A stretch of 63,555 nucleotides of DNA, filler included, from Octopus bimaculoides (GCF_001194135.2; 8 parts of 7 records of this genome joined end to end with filler, not necessarily neighbours in it), one strand, 5' to 3'. Positions 49,981-61,571 are shown, numbered from the whole stretch's first letter. Made by a program: numbers and translations. The notes: a model not told the origin generated them from the sequence alone.

Positions 49981-50035
49981 CACATATATATACGTATATA
50001 CATACATACATATATACATACATACATATATATAC

Positions 50036-50249
50036 ATTTGATTATTCCATCAAATGCAATACTTAAGTATTCATGTTATTTTGAATTAATCATGCATTAT
50101 TTCATAATCTTGAGATTTTAGTGACGTGATTGTTTATTTTTAAAATGACACTGTAGGGTAGGTGTAAAAGGCCAGATCTGACCACTTTGAACATAAACCA
50201 GGTAGAATATTTTGGCCGGCTATGACCAGTTTAAATGCCAAAGGGTTAA
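50036..50249 (+). mobile_element. piggyBac-type MITE, left end lost
   Basis: Ends ATGCCAAAGGG-TTAA; body aligns with 51352-51823. Confidence 0.75.
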
Positions 50250-50744
50250 ATCAATACCTTCCATTAAAATTTTATCTTAATTTTTGTTTCAAATATGTCT
50301 TAATTATGACAGTTGTTTTACTAAATTCTTCATTATTTTCAAAATAATTGAGACCAAGGGAGTGTATTTCTGAGAAAATCAAATGTAAATGCAATATCTT
50401 TTGGCCCCTATAACTGGGCCCTTGGAAGGTGATGTTATGTTACTTATAGAACCATCATCATTATCATCACTTTCCTGTAGGAAATAGTGAAAAAGTTAAG
50501 TGTCTGACTGACAGCAGGTTGTACAATTTTAAACAGAATAAAATAAGTTAATGAGGAAAACAAAATAATATTAAACACTTAAGCTAAGGATAGATAAATT
50601 AATGAATAAGTGGAAATAAATAAATAATAAATTAAATTAAATTAGTAAGCAGAACTAAATTTAGTGATCATTTTTATTATTATCACAATCATCATCTGCT
50701 TTCCAGTCTTGAATTTCCTTTTTAATTTTACTACAGATTCAGCT

Positions 50745-51115
50745 GTGGAGACGCAATGGCCCAGTGGTTAGGGCAGAGGACTCGCAGTCTTAGGACTGAG
50801 GTTTTGATTCCCAGACCGGGCGTTGTGAGCAAAAACACCTAAAGCTCCACGAGGCTCCAGCAGGGGGGTGGGGTGAACCCTACTGTATTCTTTCACCACA
50901 ACTTTCTCTCACTCTTTCTTCCTCTTTCTGTTGTACCTGTATTTCGAAAGGGCCAGCCTTGTCACACTCTGTGTCACGCTGAATCTCCCCGAGAACTACC
51001 TTAAGGGTACGCGTGTCTGTGGAGTGCTCAGCCACTTGCGCGTTAATTTCACGAGTAGGCTGTTCTGTTGATCAGATCAACTGGAACCCTCGATGACGTA
51101 ACCGACGGAGTGCCA
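50745..51115 (+). mobile_element. SINE family C, full length, with perfect 12-bp TSD
   Basis: TSD ACAGATTCAGCT at 50733-50744 and 51116-51127; A and B boxes; matches 12466-12852. Confidence 0.92.
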
Positions 51116-51351
51116 ACAGATTCAGCTATCAGAACTAGATCAACAATACATAGGAGTTCCCAGACAGATCTGGTTTTAAAGTCTTTTTGCAATGGCTTGG
51201 AAAACTATGATAAACAGAAGTGGGCTAAGGAGTGAGCCTTGGTGAACCACTCCATGCATGCTGAACTCGTCACAGTAACTCATTGCCCTTGCCTTGCTGA
51301 TTGCAACTCTACACATAGCCTGTATGGCCTTCATTAGTTATTTGTCTAACC

Positions 51352-51823
51352 TTAACCCTTTAGCATTCAGATTACACAATCAAATGCAATGCTTATTTCT
51401 TCATATTGTTTTGAATTAATCATGCATTATCTCGTAGTTTCAAGATTTTGATGATGTCATTATCATCACCACCACTACCACCACCACCACTATCATCATC
51501 CTTTAACGTCCATTTTCTATGCTGGCATGGGTTGGGTGGTTCAACTAGAGCTGGCAAGCCCGAGAGCTGCACCAGGTTCCAGTATGATTTGGCTTGGTTT
51601 CTACAGCTGGATACCCTTCCTAACACCAGCCACTTTACAGTGGCACTTTACATGACACTGGCACAAGTGCATTTTACGTGGCACTAGCACAGGACTCTTG
51701 TGATTATTCATCTTCAGAATGTCAATGTAGGGTAAGTGTGAGAGACCAGATCTGGCCAGCTTGAACATAAAACAGATAGGATATTTGGGCCTGATTTGGC
51801 TAGTTTAAACACTAAAGGGTTAA
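51352..51823 (+). mobile_element. piggyBac-type MITE (TTAA TSD, CCCTTTAG TIR) interrupted by a retroposon
   Basis: TTAA-CCCTTTAGCAT ... ACACTAAAGGG-TTAA; insertion at about 51450-51700. Confidence 0.8.
51450..51700 (-). mobile_element. Retroposon 3' end (family F) with RTE-like tail and (GAT/GGT)n
   Basis: Reverse complement GGTGTTAGGAAGGGTATCCAGCTGTAGAAA...CCCATGCCAGCATAGAAAATGGACGTTAAAGGATGATGA; second copy at 60890. Confidence 0.7.
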
Positions 51824-52494
51824 ACTTCTTTAGTGATCACCAGATTACTGTATGTGGAGCCTTGTAAAAAGATTCTGCAGGTTCACAAATTAAAGGTTGA
51901 GCAGCTTACTTATAGCTTGGGGCTTCTGTAGTAGTCTTACTAAGAAGGAGGTCATCAGTAGCACTTTTTCAAGGGCAGAAAGCCAAATTGCTTCTTATCA
52001 AAGCTAATTCTGTTCCTTTTCATTTTTTGTCATGTCTAAGGAGATTCATTATGCCAATATTAATAACACATGCACTGGTTCAATACAACTCCACTATTGT
52101 TAGTCAATTGGTTAAATATCCAACTAACTAATCGATTGTTTGTTTAGCTAGCAGAAAACGGTGTGGTGTCCTTCAGCATCTTACTAGCTTGGCTAGAGCT
52201 TATTCTACTTTGTTTTTGTATCTGATTTGAAAGATTCTGCTATACTAGTTATTGAGTACATCACCTCACTGGCTACATGAGTCACAAACCTTTAAAACCC
52301 CTAAACTACCTTGCCAGGTATTGTCAACACCTCAGTGACGACACTTGATCTATCCAGCTGCCTTCTGTCTTCAGAAGCTTCGTTTACAACTGTACTGCTG
52401 TCAGCTAGCATCAGTGGTTCCACTCTGTGTCAACTGGGGGTAGACCCTCTCTTGCACACATATTCTCCTCTCACCTACTGCGTCCTCTCTAATT

Positions 52495-52529
52495 CAGGGG
52501 TTTTCAAACTGTGGTCCGCGGACCACAGG
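52495..52529 (+). mobile_element. hAT (Charlie-like) left TIR, cut by linker
   Basis: CAGGGGTTTTCAAACTGTGGTCCGCGGACC. Confidence 0.6.
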
Positions 52530-52629
52530 NNNNNNNNNNNNNNNNNNNNNNNNNNNNNNNNNNNNNNNNNNNNTTAATTAATTAANNNNNNNNNNNNNNN
52601 NNNNNNNNNNNNNNNNNNNNNNNNNNNNN
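52530..52629. other. Artificial scaffold-joining linker
   Basis: 44N-TTAATTAATTAA-44N. Confidence 0.95.
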
Positions 52630-53025
52630 TATATATATATCTACATACATAATAAAAATTGCAGGATAGAATTGAAAATAGGTATTTAAATAACAAAGGC
52701 ATACCTGTGCACTAACAGTGTGTATGGATACTCACGTGCTTACTATAGTAAATGTGGATTTGTCCATCCAGTTACGTATACATCCACAAGTATAGACTAA
52801 ATACGCTCAAAGTAAACGTAAAGTCACAAAAGACTGCACTCCAGCATGCAATCACGGTCTACTGTAGGCTCAACATCCAACGCAAAGTAAGTTCCGAGTG
52901 TGGTATCGTATAGATAATAACACTGATAGGCTGAGGTTAACAACAGCTGTTTCAAACGTATTAACTACTGATGAACAAAGCGATTGTATCAGGTAAAAAA
53001 AAGTTTTCTTCAGTGAACTAAAACT

Positions 53026-53149
53026 AAAATTGAACATTTAAGATTTCTCATGAATAGTATACAATGCATATTGACCTTGTCTTCTCGAGAAGAAAGCGTC
53101 AATATGCATTGTATACTATTTATGTGAGAAACCCTAAATGCTCAATTTT
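53026..53149. repeat. 124-bp fold-back hairpin
   Basis: Perfect 23-bp arms 53053-53075 / 53098-53120, imperfect extension outward, palindromic centre CTTCTCGAGAAG. Confidence 0.9.
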
Positions 53150-53267
53150 ACACTTAATTTAACTGTATAAACGTATTATTTCTTACATGATGTAATTGAT
53201 TTGTTCATCAATAAAAAAAGTACGTCTGACACAGCTGTAGTGAACCTCAGCCCATCTGTGTTATTAT

Positions 53268-53301
<34 letters not shown>

Positions 53302-53306
53302 ATATT

Positions 53307-53346
<40 letters not shown>

Positions 53347-53356
53347 NNNNNNNNNN

Positions 53357-53394
<38 letters not shown>

Positions 53395-53549
53395 GTATAT
53401 GAGTATCTATGTGTGCACGTAGCAGTGTGCGTATGCATGTGTATGTGTATTATGTATGTATATATGTATAAAAACTTATGACAAAAATAGAACTCATATT
53501 ATTTTTATTACGCTGTTGCTTTTTCTTTTAGCACTAATTTAGCTTTGAT

Positions 53550-53710
53550 TTAGTAGGTGTATGGTCAAAGACATTCTAACCACGACCTTTCTTCATTAAT
53601 TTCTTTCAGTGTATCTAAAATTATATTATTCTCTATTTTTTCTTTCCAACTGAGGAAAAGTAATCTTAGGGAAATTTAACAGCTACATGTAGAAAATCCA
53701 ACAAGCACGT
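53550..53710 (+). mobile_element. Unclassified repeat family G
   Basis: TATGGTCAAAGACATTCTAACCACGACC...GGGAAATTTAACAGCTAC homologous to 15620-15790. Confidence 0.4.
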
Positions 53711-54076
53711 GAAGGCTTCTTTGTTCACAAACATTTTGTTCATGGTAGCCAATAGAAAAACAATCTGTTCACCCGACACTTTTCAACGTACCTGGTTAGT
53801 CGGTAAGACTTAGAATACATCAATTGACCCTAGATTGCGGTTTCTTACGCGTGTGTGCGTTCGAATACTCCCATGTATGGTACATAGATGTCTGTTTGAA
53901 TTTAATACTGTGTCAGTTGAGTATACCGAATCTTTATTCAGCCAGGCAGCAATCCACAACACAAATGGCTCTTTTATTTACCATTTCCTATATACTAATT
54001 ACTACATCATTTATTTATTATTTTCTCTTATCAGGGACAATGAATTCTCGTGCAGGCATGGGGCTGGCTGTTAGTA

Positions 54077-54134
54077 CACGTCACTGATGAGGCCAAAAAT
54101 GGCCTAAATGGATCTGTTGGCCGTTACTGAGGCG
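54077..54134 (+). ncRNA. Degenerate hammerhead ribozyme-like motif
   Basis: CACGTCA-CTGATGA-GGCC(AAAAAT)GGCC-TAAA-TGG...CCGT...TGAGGCG: perfect CUGAUGA and helix II; G12 replaced by T; helix III and cleavage site degenerate. Confidence 0.5.
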
Positions 54135-54257
54135 ATTTTTTTTATCTGATATTCATATTTTTAACACAGGCTGTTTTTAAGAGATATTATCTTAGGACAA
54201 ATATTGCACAGTAAGTGACCCATCAACAGTGTGTATACATGAAGTATGATAAACCGA

Positions 54258-54465
54258 GTGGAGGTGCGTGTCTCAGGGGTAAGGTTGTTGTATTCGTGAT
54301 CGTAAGTTTGTAGTTTCGATTCCTGAACCGAGTGATGCATTGTGCTCTTCATGAAAAAAACAAAACAACAACTTTATTTCATGCGGCCCAAGTCCAATCA
54401 GCTGGCACGCATTAGTAATCCACCGACGACCGGCGTCCAATTCACGGAAAATATACACCCAATGG
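54258..54465 (+). mobile_element. SINE family D, diverged
   Basis: GTAGTTTCGATTCCTGAACCG..GATGCATTGTG..AGTCCAATCAGCTGGC..GACGACCGGCGTCC aligns with the reverse complement of 43030-43255. Confidence 0.7.
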
Positions 54466-54596
54466 ACTTGGAGTTCTGGAGACCAGCTTCAATATCATAG
54501 AGTTCGGAAAAGACCACTGATATTTTTTCTTTTGAAAATTCATAAATGGGTGTTTTGATTCAATACTACCTAAATTGCGTCCACCATATATATATG

Positions 54597-54637
<41 letters not shown>

Positions 54638-55614
54638 NNNNNNNNNNNNNNNNNNNNNNNNNNNNNNNNNNNNNNNNNNNNNNNNNNNNNNNNNNNNNNN
54701 NNNNNNNNNNNNNNNNNNNNNNNNNNNNNNNNNNNNNNNNNNNNNNNNNNNNNNNNNNNNNNNNNNNNNNNNNNNNNNNNNNNNNNNNNNNNNNNNNNNN
54801 NNNNNNNNNNNNNNNNNNNNNNNNNNNNNNNNNNNNNNNNNNNNNNNNNNNNNNNNNNNNNNNNNNNNNNNNNNNNNNNNNNNNNNNNNNNNNNNNNNNN
54901 NNNNNNNNNNNNNNNNNNNNNNNNNNNNNNNNNNNNNNNNNNNNNNNNNNNNNNNNNNNNNNNNNNNNNNNNNNNNNNNNNNNNNNNNNNNNNNNNNNNN
55001 NNNNNNNNNNNNNNNNNNNNNNNNNNNNNNNNNNNNNNNNNNNNNNNNNNNNNNNNNNNNNNNNNNNNNNNNNNNNNNNNNNNNNNNNNNNNNNNNNNNN
55101 NNNNNNNNNNNNNNNNNNNNNNNNNNNNNNNNNNNNNNNNNNNNNNNNNNNNNNNNNNNNNNNNNNNNNNNNNNNNNNNNNNNNNNNNNNNNNNNNNNNN
55201 NNNNNNNNNNNNNNNNNNNNNNNNNNNNNNNNNNNNNNNNNNNNNNNNNNNNNNNNNNNNNNNNNNNNNNNNNNNNNNNNNNNNNNNNNNNNNNNNNNNN
55301 NNNNNNNNNNNNNNNNNNNNNNNNNNNNNNNNNNNNNNNNNNNNNNNNNNNNNNNNNNNNNNNNNNNNNNNNNNNNNNNNNNNNNNNNNNNNNNNNNNNN
55401 NNNNNNNNNNNNNNNNNNNNNNNNNNNNNNNNNNNNNNNNNNNNNNNNNNNNNNNNNNNNNNNNNNNNNNNNNNNNNNNNNNNNNNNNNNNNNNNNNNNN
55501 NNNNNNNNNNNNNNNNNNNNNNNNNNNNNNNNNNNNNNNNNNNNNNNNNNNNNNNNNNNNNNNNNNNNNNNNNNNNNNNNNNNNNNNNNNNNNNNNNNNN
55601 NNNNNNNNNNNNNN

Positions 55615-55648
<34 letters not shown>

Positions 55649-56115
55649 TGGAGGTGTGTGCATCTATATGTGTGGATTCTGCATATTCATGTGCTTGCAT
55701 GTCCGTGTTTGTGTATTTTTTATGTATGTGTGTGTGTGTGTGTGTGAGTGTGTGCGTGTGTTTGTTTATTTATGCACCTCTGTCTCCTTGTGTGTGTATG
55801 TCTGATTGTGTGTGTGTGTGTTTTACAACTATGTACCGTGTTTGTATGTATGTGCATCTCCATATGCGTGGACACGTGTCTCCATATGTGTCCTTGTCTG
55901 AAGTAAAGTGTGTGTGTATATATGGCCATGTGTTTCAGTCTCCATTTGCGTATTTGCATATATAACCTATGTACCTATCCGTCTGTATGTTGATCTGTTT
56001 ATTTTCATATACATATGTTTACATATATGTACATGTACACATATATAAATACACCTCCCCCCACACACATTCATACATCTATCTACATAACAGCCCACTA
56101 ACTATTCTACTCTAC

Positions 56116-57590
56116 TCAGTAGATTCTGCCTCACCAGGTCACAGATGGAAAGACCACCCACCATCACTTCAGCAGTAAAGCACCACAGAGCGCTGGATAG
56201 GCTGGACTGCACCCACCCAAAACCCTGAGAACAACAATCATGTGAAAGAAATGATTTCACATGCAATAGGGGCCAGTGTAAAAACCATCTTGAAGAACAG
56301 CATAGTAAAGTTTAACAAATAAACTATACATGCAGGTTCAAGGTGCAGTCATCGGTGTCGGTGTAGCTGGAGATATGGCCGGCCTTTTCATGACCTGGTG
56401 GGACAGAAAACTTAAACAAATGTTAGCAGAACCGTTCACAACTCTTCTACTCCACAGTAGATATGTAGATGACATTAATATCATAGTTAGAAACAGCTCT
56501 AGTGACAGTAGTGTAAAAACTGAGAAGAACTTAATGGAGAGCATCCAGCAAATAGCTAACTCCATCCACCAAAGTATCAAGGTAACTATAGATTACTCCA
56601 CTAAGCACCCAAACAATAGACTCCCTGTACTTGATACTGAACTTTGGTTAGAGACTGTGAACAATAGAGTGCAGCTCCTCCACTCCTATTACATGAAACC
56701 CATAACTTCAAAATATGTTGTTCACAAGAACTCAGCTTTGTCACACAACATGAAAATTAACATACTGATAGCAGACTTAGTTAGGATAATGAACAATGCG
56801 TCCCCACTATGCGAACCCTATGAAACGAAAAACCATATACAGAACTTCATGCACCGCATGCAGTTCTCTGGATATGATCAGAAATATAGTGTTCGAATAT
56901 ACAGGGGGTGGGGTGCTAGAAAGAAATTAGATAACATTATATGTAATGATACCAGTGGTACTTGCCCTAGATATAGAAACAAAGAATGGAATAGGATACA
57001 AAGAACTTGTGACAAAGCAAACAGGGCGAACACGTCGTATAAAACCAACAGATATCAAGGAATGATGTTTGTAGAGGCTACAGCCCATGGAGAACTAGCC
57101 CGTAGATTTAGAAAAGCTCTGAAGGAGACCAAACTCAACATAAAGATTGTTGAAAAGTCAGGCAACTCCGTCAGATCACAACTATGTAGGACGCACCCCT
57201 TTGAGAATACCATGTGCACCAACTGCATGGTATGTAGGATTAGGCCTGGCATTAACTGTAGAACTAGAAATGTAGTTTACAGCATAAGAAAGGGCTTGTA
57301 AAGACATGAACATGACATACATAGGAGAGACATCTAGGAGCATTGCGGAACTACTAAATGAACATCTGAGACAATATATGACAACAAAAGCAGTCCTCCA
57401 AACTCTACCAACATGCCAAAGATCAACATGGAGGCAACTTGGATCAACTTGACATCCGCATTTTATCCAAGCACCCAAAAGATCAAACACTCAGATAAAT
57501 ACAGGCGTACGTCCTTATAAATGAAACTTCCCCAATACTAAATAGGAAATGTTCATAGTAGATATCATACTCCCACACCCAAAGTTTACA
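56116..57590 (+). mobile_element. 5'-truncated Penelope-like element (Naiad-like): RT C-terminal part plus GIY-YIG endonuclease
   Basis: 972-bp open frame 56330-57301: QGAVIGVGVAGDMAGLFMTWWDR, RYVDDI, LPVLD..LW, YYMKP..S, RMQFSGY, C-x2-C-x2-C linker, NVVYSI; after a frameshift YIGETSRS..LNEH and P.LNRK. The Naiad assignment is from recalled motifs. Confidence 0.8.
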
Positions 57591-57662
57591 CAGGTAGAGT
57601 AGAATATTTAGTGGGCTGTTATGTAGATAGATGTATGAATGTGTGTGCGTGTNNNNNNNNNN

Positions 57663-57947
57663 AGACATGAACATGACATACATAGGAGAGACATCTAGGA
57701 GCATTGCGGAACTACTAAATGAACATCTGAGACAATATATGACAACAAAAGCAGTCCTCCAAACTCTACCAACATGCCAAAGATCAACATGGAGGCAACT
57801 TGGATCAACTTGACATCCGCATTTTATCCAAGCACCCAAAAGATCAAACACTCAGATAAATACAGGCGTACGTCCTTATAAATGAAACTTCCCCAATACT
57901 AAATAGGAAATGTTCATAGTAGATATCATACTCCCACACCCAAAGTT
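57663..57947 (+). repeat. 285-bp apparently exact duplicate of 57302-57586
   Basis: Same sequence after a 10-N gap, up to the linker. Confidence 0.9.
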
Positions 57948-58047
57948 NNNNNNNNNNNNNNNNNNNNNNNNNNNNNNNNNNNNNNNNNNNNTTAATTAAT
58001 TAANNNNNNNNNNNNNNNNNNNNNNNNNNNNNNNNNNNNNNNNNNNN
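57948..58047. other. Artificial scaffold-joining linker
   Basis: 44N-TTAATTAATTAA-44N. Confidence 0.95.
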
Positions 58048-58089
58048 GGGGGGGGGACGCTACAGAGACGCATGTGTCACGGAGAGAGA

Positions 58090-58545
58090 TGCGTGAGGTG
58101 GTCAAAGCTTCATGGTTTGGGGTGCTATAGGCCTGAATAAGAGAACTGGGCCCCATGTGTTCCAAAATGTTGGTGCAGGCAGAGGGAATGGCATCACAGC
58201 ACAACGCTATGTTGACCAGATCCTAAGACCTCACATCGTGCCCTTCTTCGCATGTCACCATAGCCAGCAGGACAATGCTCCCCCCCGCCACGGCCAGGGT
58301 CACCATGGATTACCTGCGTCAGCACAACATCAGAAACATACCGTGGTCGGCTCTCAACCTGGATTTGAACTCAGAGACGGCTAAACCAGGTTATCCCAAG
58401 GCTGACAACTTGCGTGGAACTGAAGGCAGCTTTTCTCAGGGTGTGGGCACAGGTGCCAATAGCTTTTGTGAACCGCCTCATGCATTCCATGTACCGACGG
58501 TGTATGACCGTGTTGAACACACACGGAAGGCATACACCGTATTGA
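58090..58545 (+). mobile_element. Decayed Tc1-family transposase 3' part
   Basis: MVWGAI, ITAQRYVDQILRPHIVP, QQDNA, WSALNLDLN (SPDLNPIE region deleted), VNRLMHSMYRRCMTVLNTHGRHTPY*. Confidence 0.85.
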
Positions 58546-59261
58546 ACATGTTACGCCCTACAACCTCGATGTACTAGATCCGCTCACTACCATAAATCTC
58601 TCTCGCTAACCACCACAGCAACAACAACTACCATGGCAACAACAACAACGTGTTTTCTCTTCAAATACTTTTCAATAGCAACAATATTAACCACAACAGC
58701 AACAACAACGACAATCACTACCACCACAACAACAACTGACCCAGCCTCAACCTTTAACACTCCTTAATTCAACCACAATTAATGACCTACTTAATGAAAC
58801 GGTCAACTTTTCTGATTCCATTTGTTACCCACCAACCAAGTCTACAACAGCAGCAAGAATCACCACAGCAACAATTACAGCTGCAACAACCATTTTATTG
58901 ACTAGTTCTACAGTACAAGCGCGTGCACACACACATGTATACACGCATATGCGTTTGTAATTACCCACATATTTTCACATACCACTAAATCAAAGGAAAT
59001 TAAATTCATTGCCCCTTTACCGATCTCAGATCTTATGAAGATATCACTAAAATGTCAAAAATTTGTTAAAATTTCCACTAGGGATGTGAAGAAGTTTTTT
59101 TTTGTTTGTTAAAAGTATTGTTTTCGACTGTCTACAAACAACCAGGCTGAGATAATGCATTCTTCCAAGAGTGAATAAAAAAAATTCTCAAACTGGAAGG
59201 GGGCTGAAATTCTAACTGGGAGGGAGAAGAGGGCTAAACCCCACCCGGGGCTACGTGCCTG

Positions 59262-59429
59262 TCTGGTGCTTATAAAATCTCTGATCTGTAGAACTTATCT
59301 CTTCGATAGGTCCCCTTGTACAGAGAGCAATTGTGCTGTATGTAGGGTGAACCCACAGGTTAACAGTAAGGTTAGGAATATAGTGTATAGCTTGCGATGT
59401 ACTGAGGGATGGTGCAGAAGCATGACAAC
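59262..59429 (+). mobile_element. Fragment of a second Naiad-like Penelope element (linker/GIY-YIG start)
   Basis: SLICRTYLFDRSPCTESNCAVCRVNPQVNSKVRNIVYSLRCTEGWC aligns with SQLCRTHPFENTMCTNCMVCRIRPGINCRTRNVVYSIR at 57170-57290. Confidence 0.7.
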
Positions 59430-60300
59430 TATCAGATCATTAAGAATGAAATGTCCGATTTTCTTATGAACCAAGTTTCACAGTCGTTAACTCTGATGTT
59501 TTGTCCTGACAATTCTTTGTTTTACAACATTGAAGAGTTACATCATCACTTTTCGAAATGCAATTCATGGTGTCTGATTATATTGTGAGTTTTCTCTTGT
59601 AAATCAATTTTTGTGAACCTATGGACAGATATAAAAAAAATCGTGTTGCTTATGAATATGAGTTCCGTTGTGGAACCACTGCATCCCAGACAGCTTGAAA
59701 CACCAGTGGTGTTTGGTGAAGATGTGGCGAATGAGCGCACCATACATCAATATTTTGAGAAGTTCCAGTCTGGTGACTTTACTCTTGAAAAATCAGCCTC
59801 GTGGTAGACCTGGATAATGATGAGCTGGAAACTGTATTGGAAGCGGATACATCTCAAACAACGCGTGAGTTAGCAGCAAGGTTTGATGTTTCGATTTCTA
59901 CTGTATTGGACCATCTAAAACAAATCAGTAAGGTATAGAAGTTAGACAAGTGGGTACCACACGAACTGAACAAGCATCAAATATCACATCGTCTTGAAAC
60001 TTGCTGTTCTTTGCTGTTACGATATAAAAGCGAACCATTTTTGCATCGTATTGTTACTTGTGATAAAAATGGATTTTTTCAACAATAGCAAGCGTTCTGT
60101 ACGGTGGTTGGATAGAGACAAAGTGCGAAAACACTATCCAAAAAACAATATTCATCCCCCCCCCAAAGCTAGTGGTGTCTGTTTGGTGGTCCAGCGCTAG
60201 TGTCATCCATTATAGCTTCATGAGACCTGGTGAGTCAATTATAGCAGATGTATACATTAACCAATTGGATGAAATGATGAGTAAGGTGGCACGTAAAAGA
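59430..60300 (+). mobile_element. Decayed mariner (cecropia/Hsmar1-like), 5' two-thirds
   Basis: TA plus TIR-like TCAGATCATTAAGAATGAAATGTCCG; FEKFQSGDFTLE, TTRELA, KLDKWVPHEL, FLHRIVTCD, VSVWWS, YINQLDEM. Confidence 0.9.
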
Positions 60301-60320
60301 CACCATTTTGAGCGTGGCCG

Positions 60321-60360
<40 letters not shown>

Positions 60361-60460
60361 NNNNNNNNNNNNNNNNNNNNNNNNNNNNNNNNNNNNNNNN
60401 NNNNTTAATTAATTAANNNNNNNNNNNNNNNNNNNNNNNNNNNNNNNNNNNNNNNNNNNN
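60361..60460. other. Artificial scaffold-joining linker
   Basis: 44N-TTAATTAATTAA-44N. Confidence 0.95.
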
Positions 60461-60649
60461 ATTAGTATTATTTTGAGAGAAGCTGACTGTATATTTTATC
60501 TGAAGATCAACAAAAGTATCTTCAGATGAAACATTAAATTTGCAATATGTTGATAATTTTTTTAAATACAACTAATACTGCACTCAGCATACAGCCCAGG
60601 TTTTTTTTTTTTTTTGTTAGCATTATGACTAAGAGCTAGTTGGATATTT

Positions 60650-60845
60650 AGTCCTGCAGCATTAGCCTACATAACAAATGTGGAGCTGGAAACCATTGAA
60701 GACGAAAACCTAGGAATACATGGCACAGGGTGGAGATGCTTGACTTCAGGATGCAGAGCCTCATGAAGATCATGACAACAGACTGTGATAATTTGGCAAC
60801 ACATGGTGCAGGACAAAGCCTGTCCACTGGTTCAACCATTATGTA
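60650..60845 (+). mobile_element. RTE-clade LINE ORF2 C-terminal fragment
   Basis: RRKPRNTWHRVEMLDFRMQSLMKIMTTDCD resembles the RGRPRKTW..V..DL....M..DR..W terminus of RTE ORF2. Confidence 0.55.
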
Positions 60846-60889
60846 ACTAACATCAAAATGGTTTTTGTGAAGGATGGCTTGTATATACC

Positions 60890-60985
60890 ATCAACATCAT
60901 CATTTAATGTCCATTTTCCATGTTGACATGGAGTGAATGGTTTGAAAGGAGTTAGTAAGGCTGAGAATTACACCAGGTTCCATAT
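60890..60985 (-). mobile_element. Family F retroposon 3' end
   Basis: CATCATCATTTAATGTCCATTTTCCATG matches 51495-51530. Confidence 0.65.
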
Positions 60986-61149
60986 CAGTCAAGCATATAA
61001 AAAACAAAGGTAAAAATGATGAGCTTTTAAATTTCCCTCACCTAAAACTCTTAATATAATGTAATCTTACATGTAAAAGGAACATGTATCCATAATGATA
61101 GTTGATATAAATATTGGTTGGTTGGCTGGTTTCTCAAGTTATGCATTAC

Positions 61150-61227
<78 letters not shown>

Positions 61228-61480
61228 NNNNNNNNNNNNNNNNNNNNNNNNNNNNNNNNNNNNNNNNNNNNNNNNNNNNNNNNNNNNNNNNNNNNNNNNN
61301 NNNNNNNNNNNNNNNNNNNNNNNNNNNNNNNNNNNNNNNNNNNNNNNNNNNNNNNNNNNNNNNNNNNNNNNNNNNNNNNNNNNNNNNNNNNNNNNNNNNN
61401 NNNNNNNNNNNNNNNNNNNNNNNNNNNNNNNNNNNNNNNNNNNNNNNNNNNNNNNNNNNNNNNNNNNNNNNNNNNNNNNN

Positions 61481-61535
<55 letters not shown>

Positions 61536-61571
61536 CACACAAACACACACACACATTAACGCACACATACA

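Noticed and set aside
52320-52440. Minus-strand open stretch MLADSSTVVNEASEDRRQ... ending at a GTAG donor-like site
   Set aside because: An in-frame TGA follows the only plausible acceptor, and there is no recognisable homology
56330-57560. Selenocysteine recoding in the Naiad-like element
   Set aside because: No in-frame TGA at cysteine positions; the breaks are a frameshift and TAA codons; no SECIS could be recognised by eye
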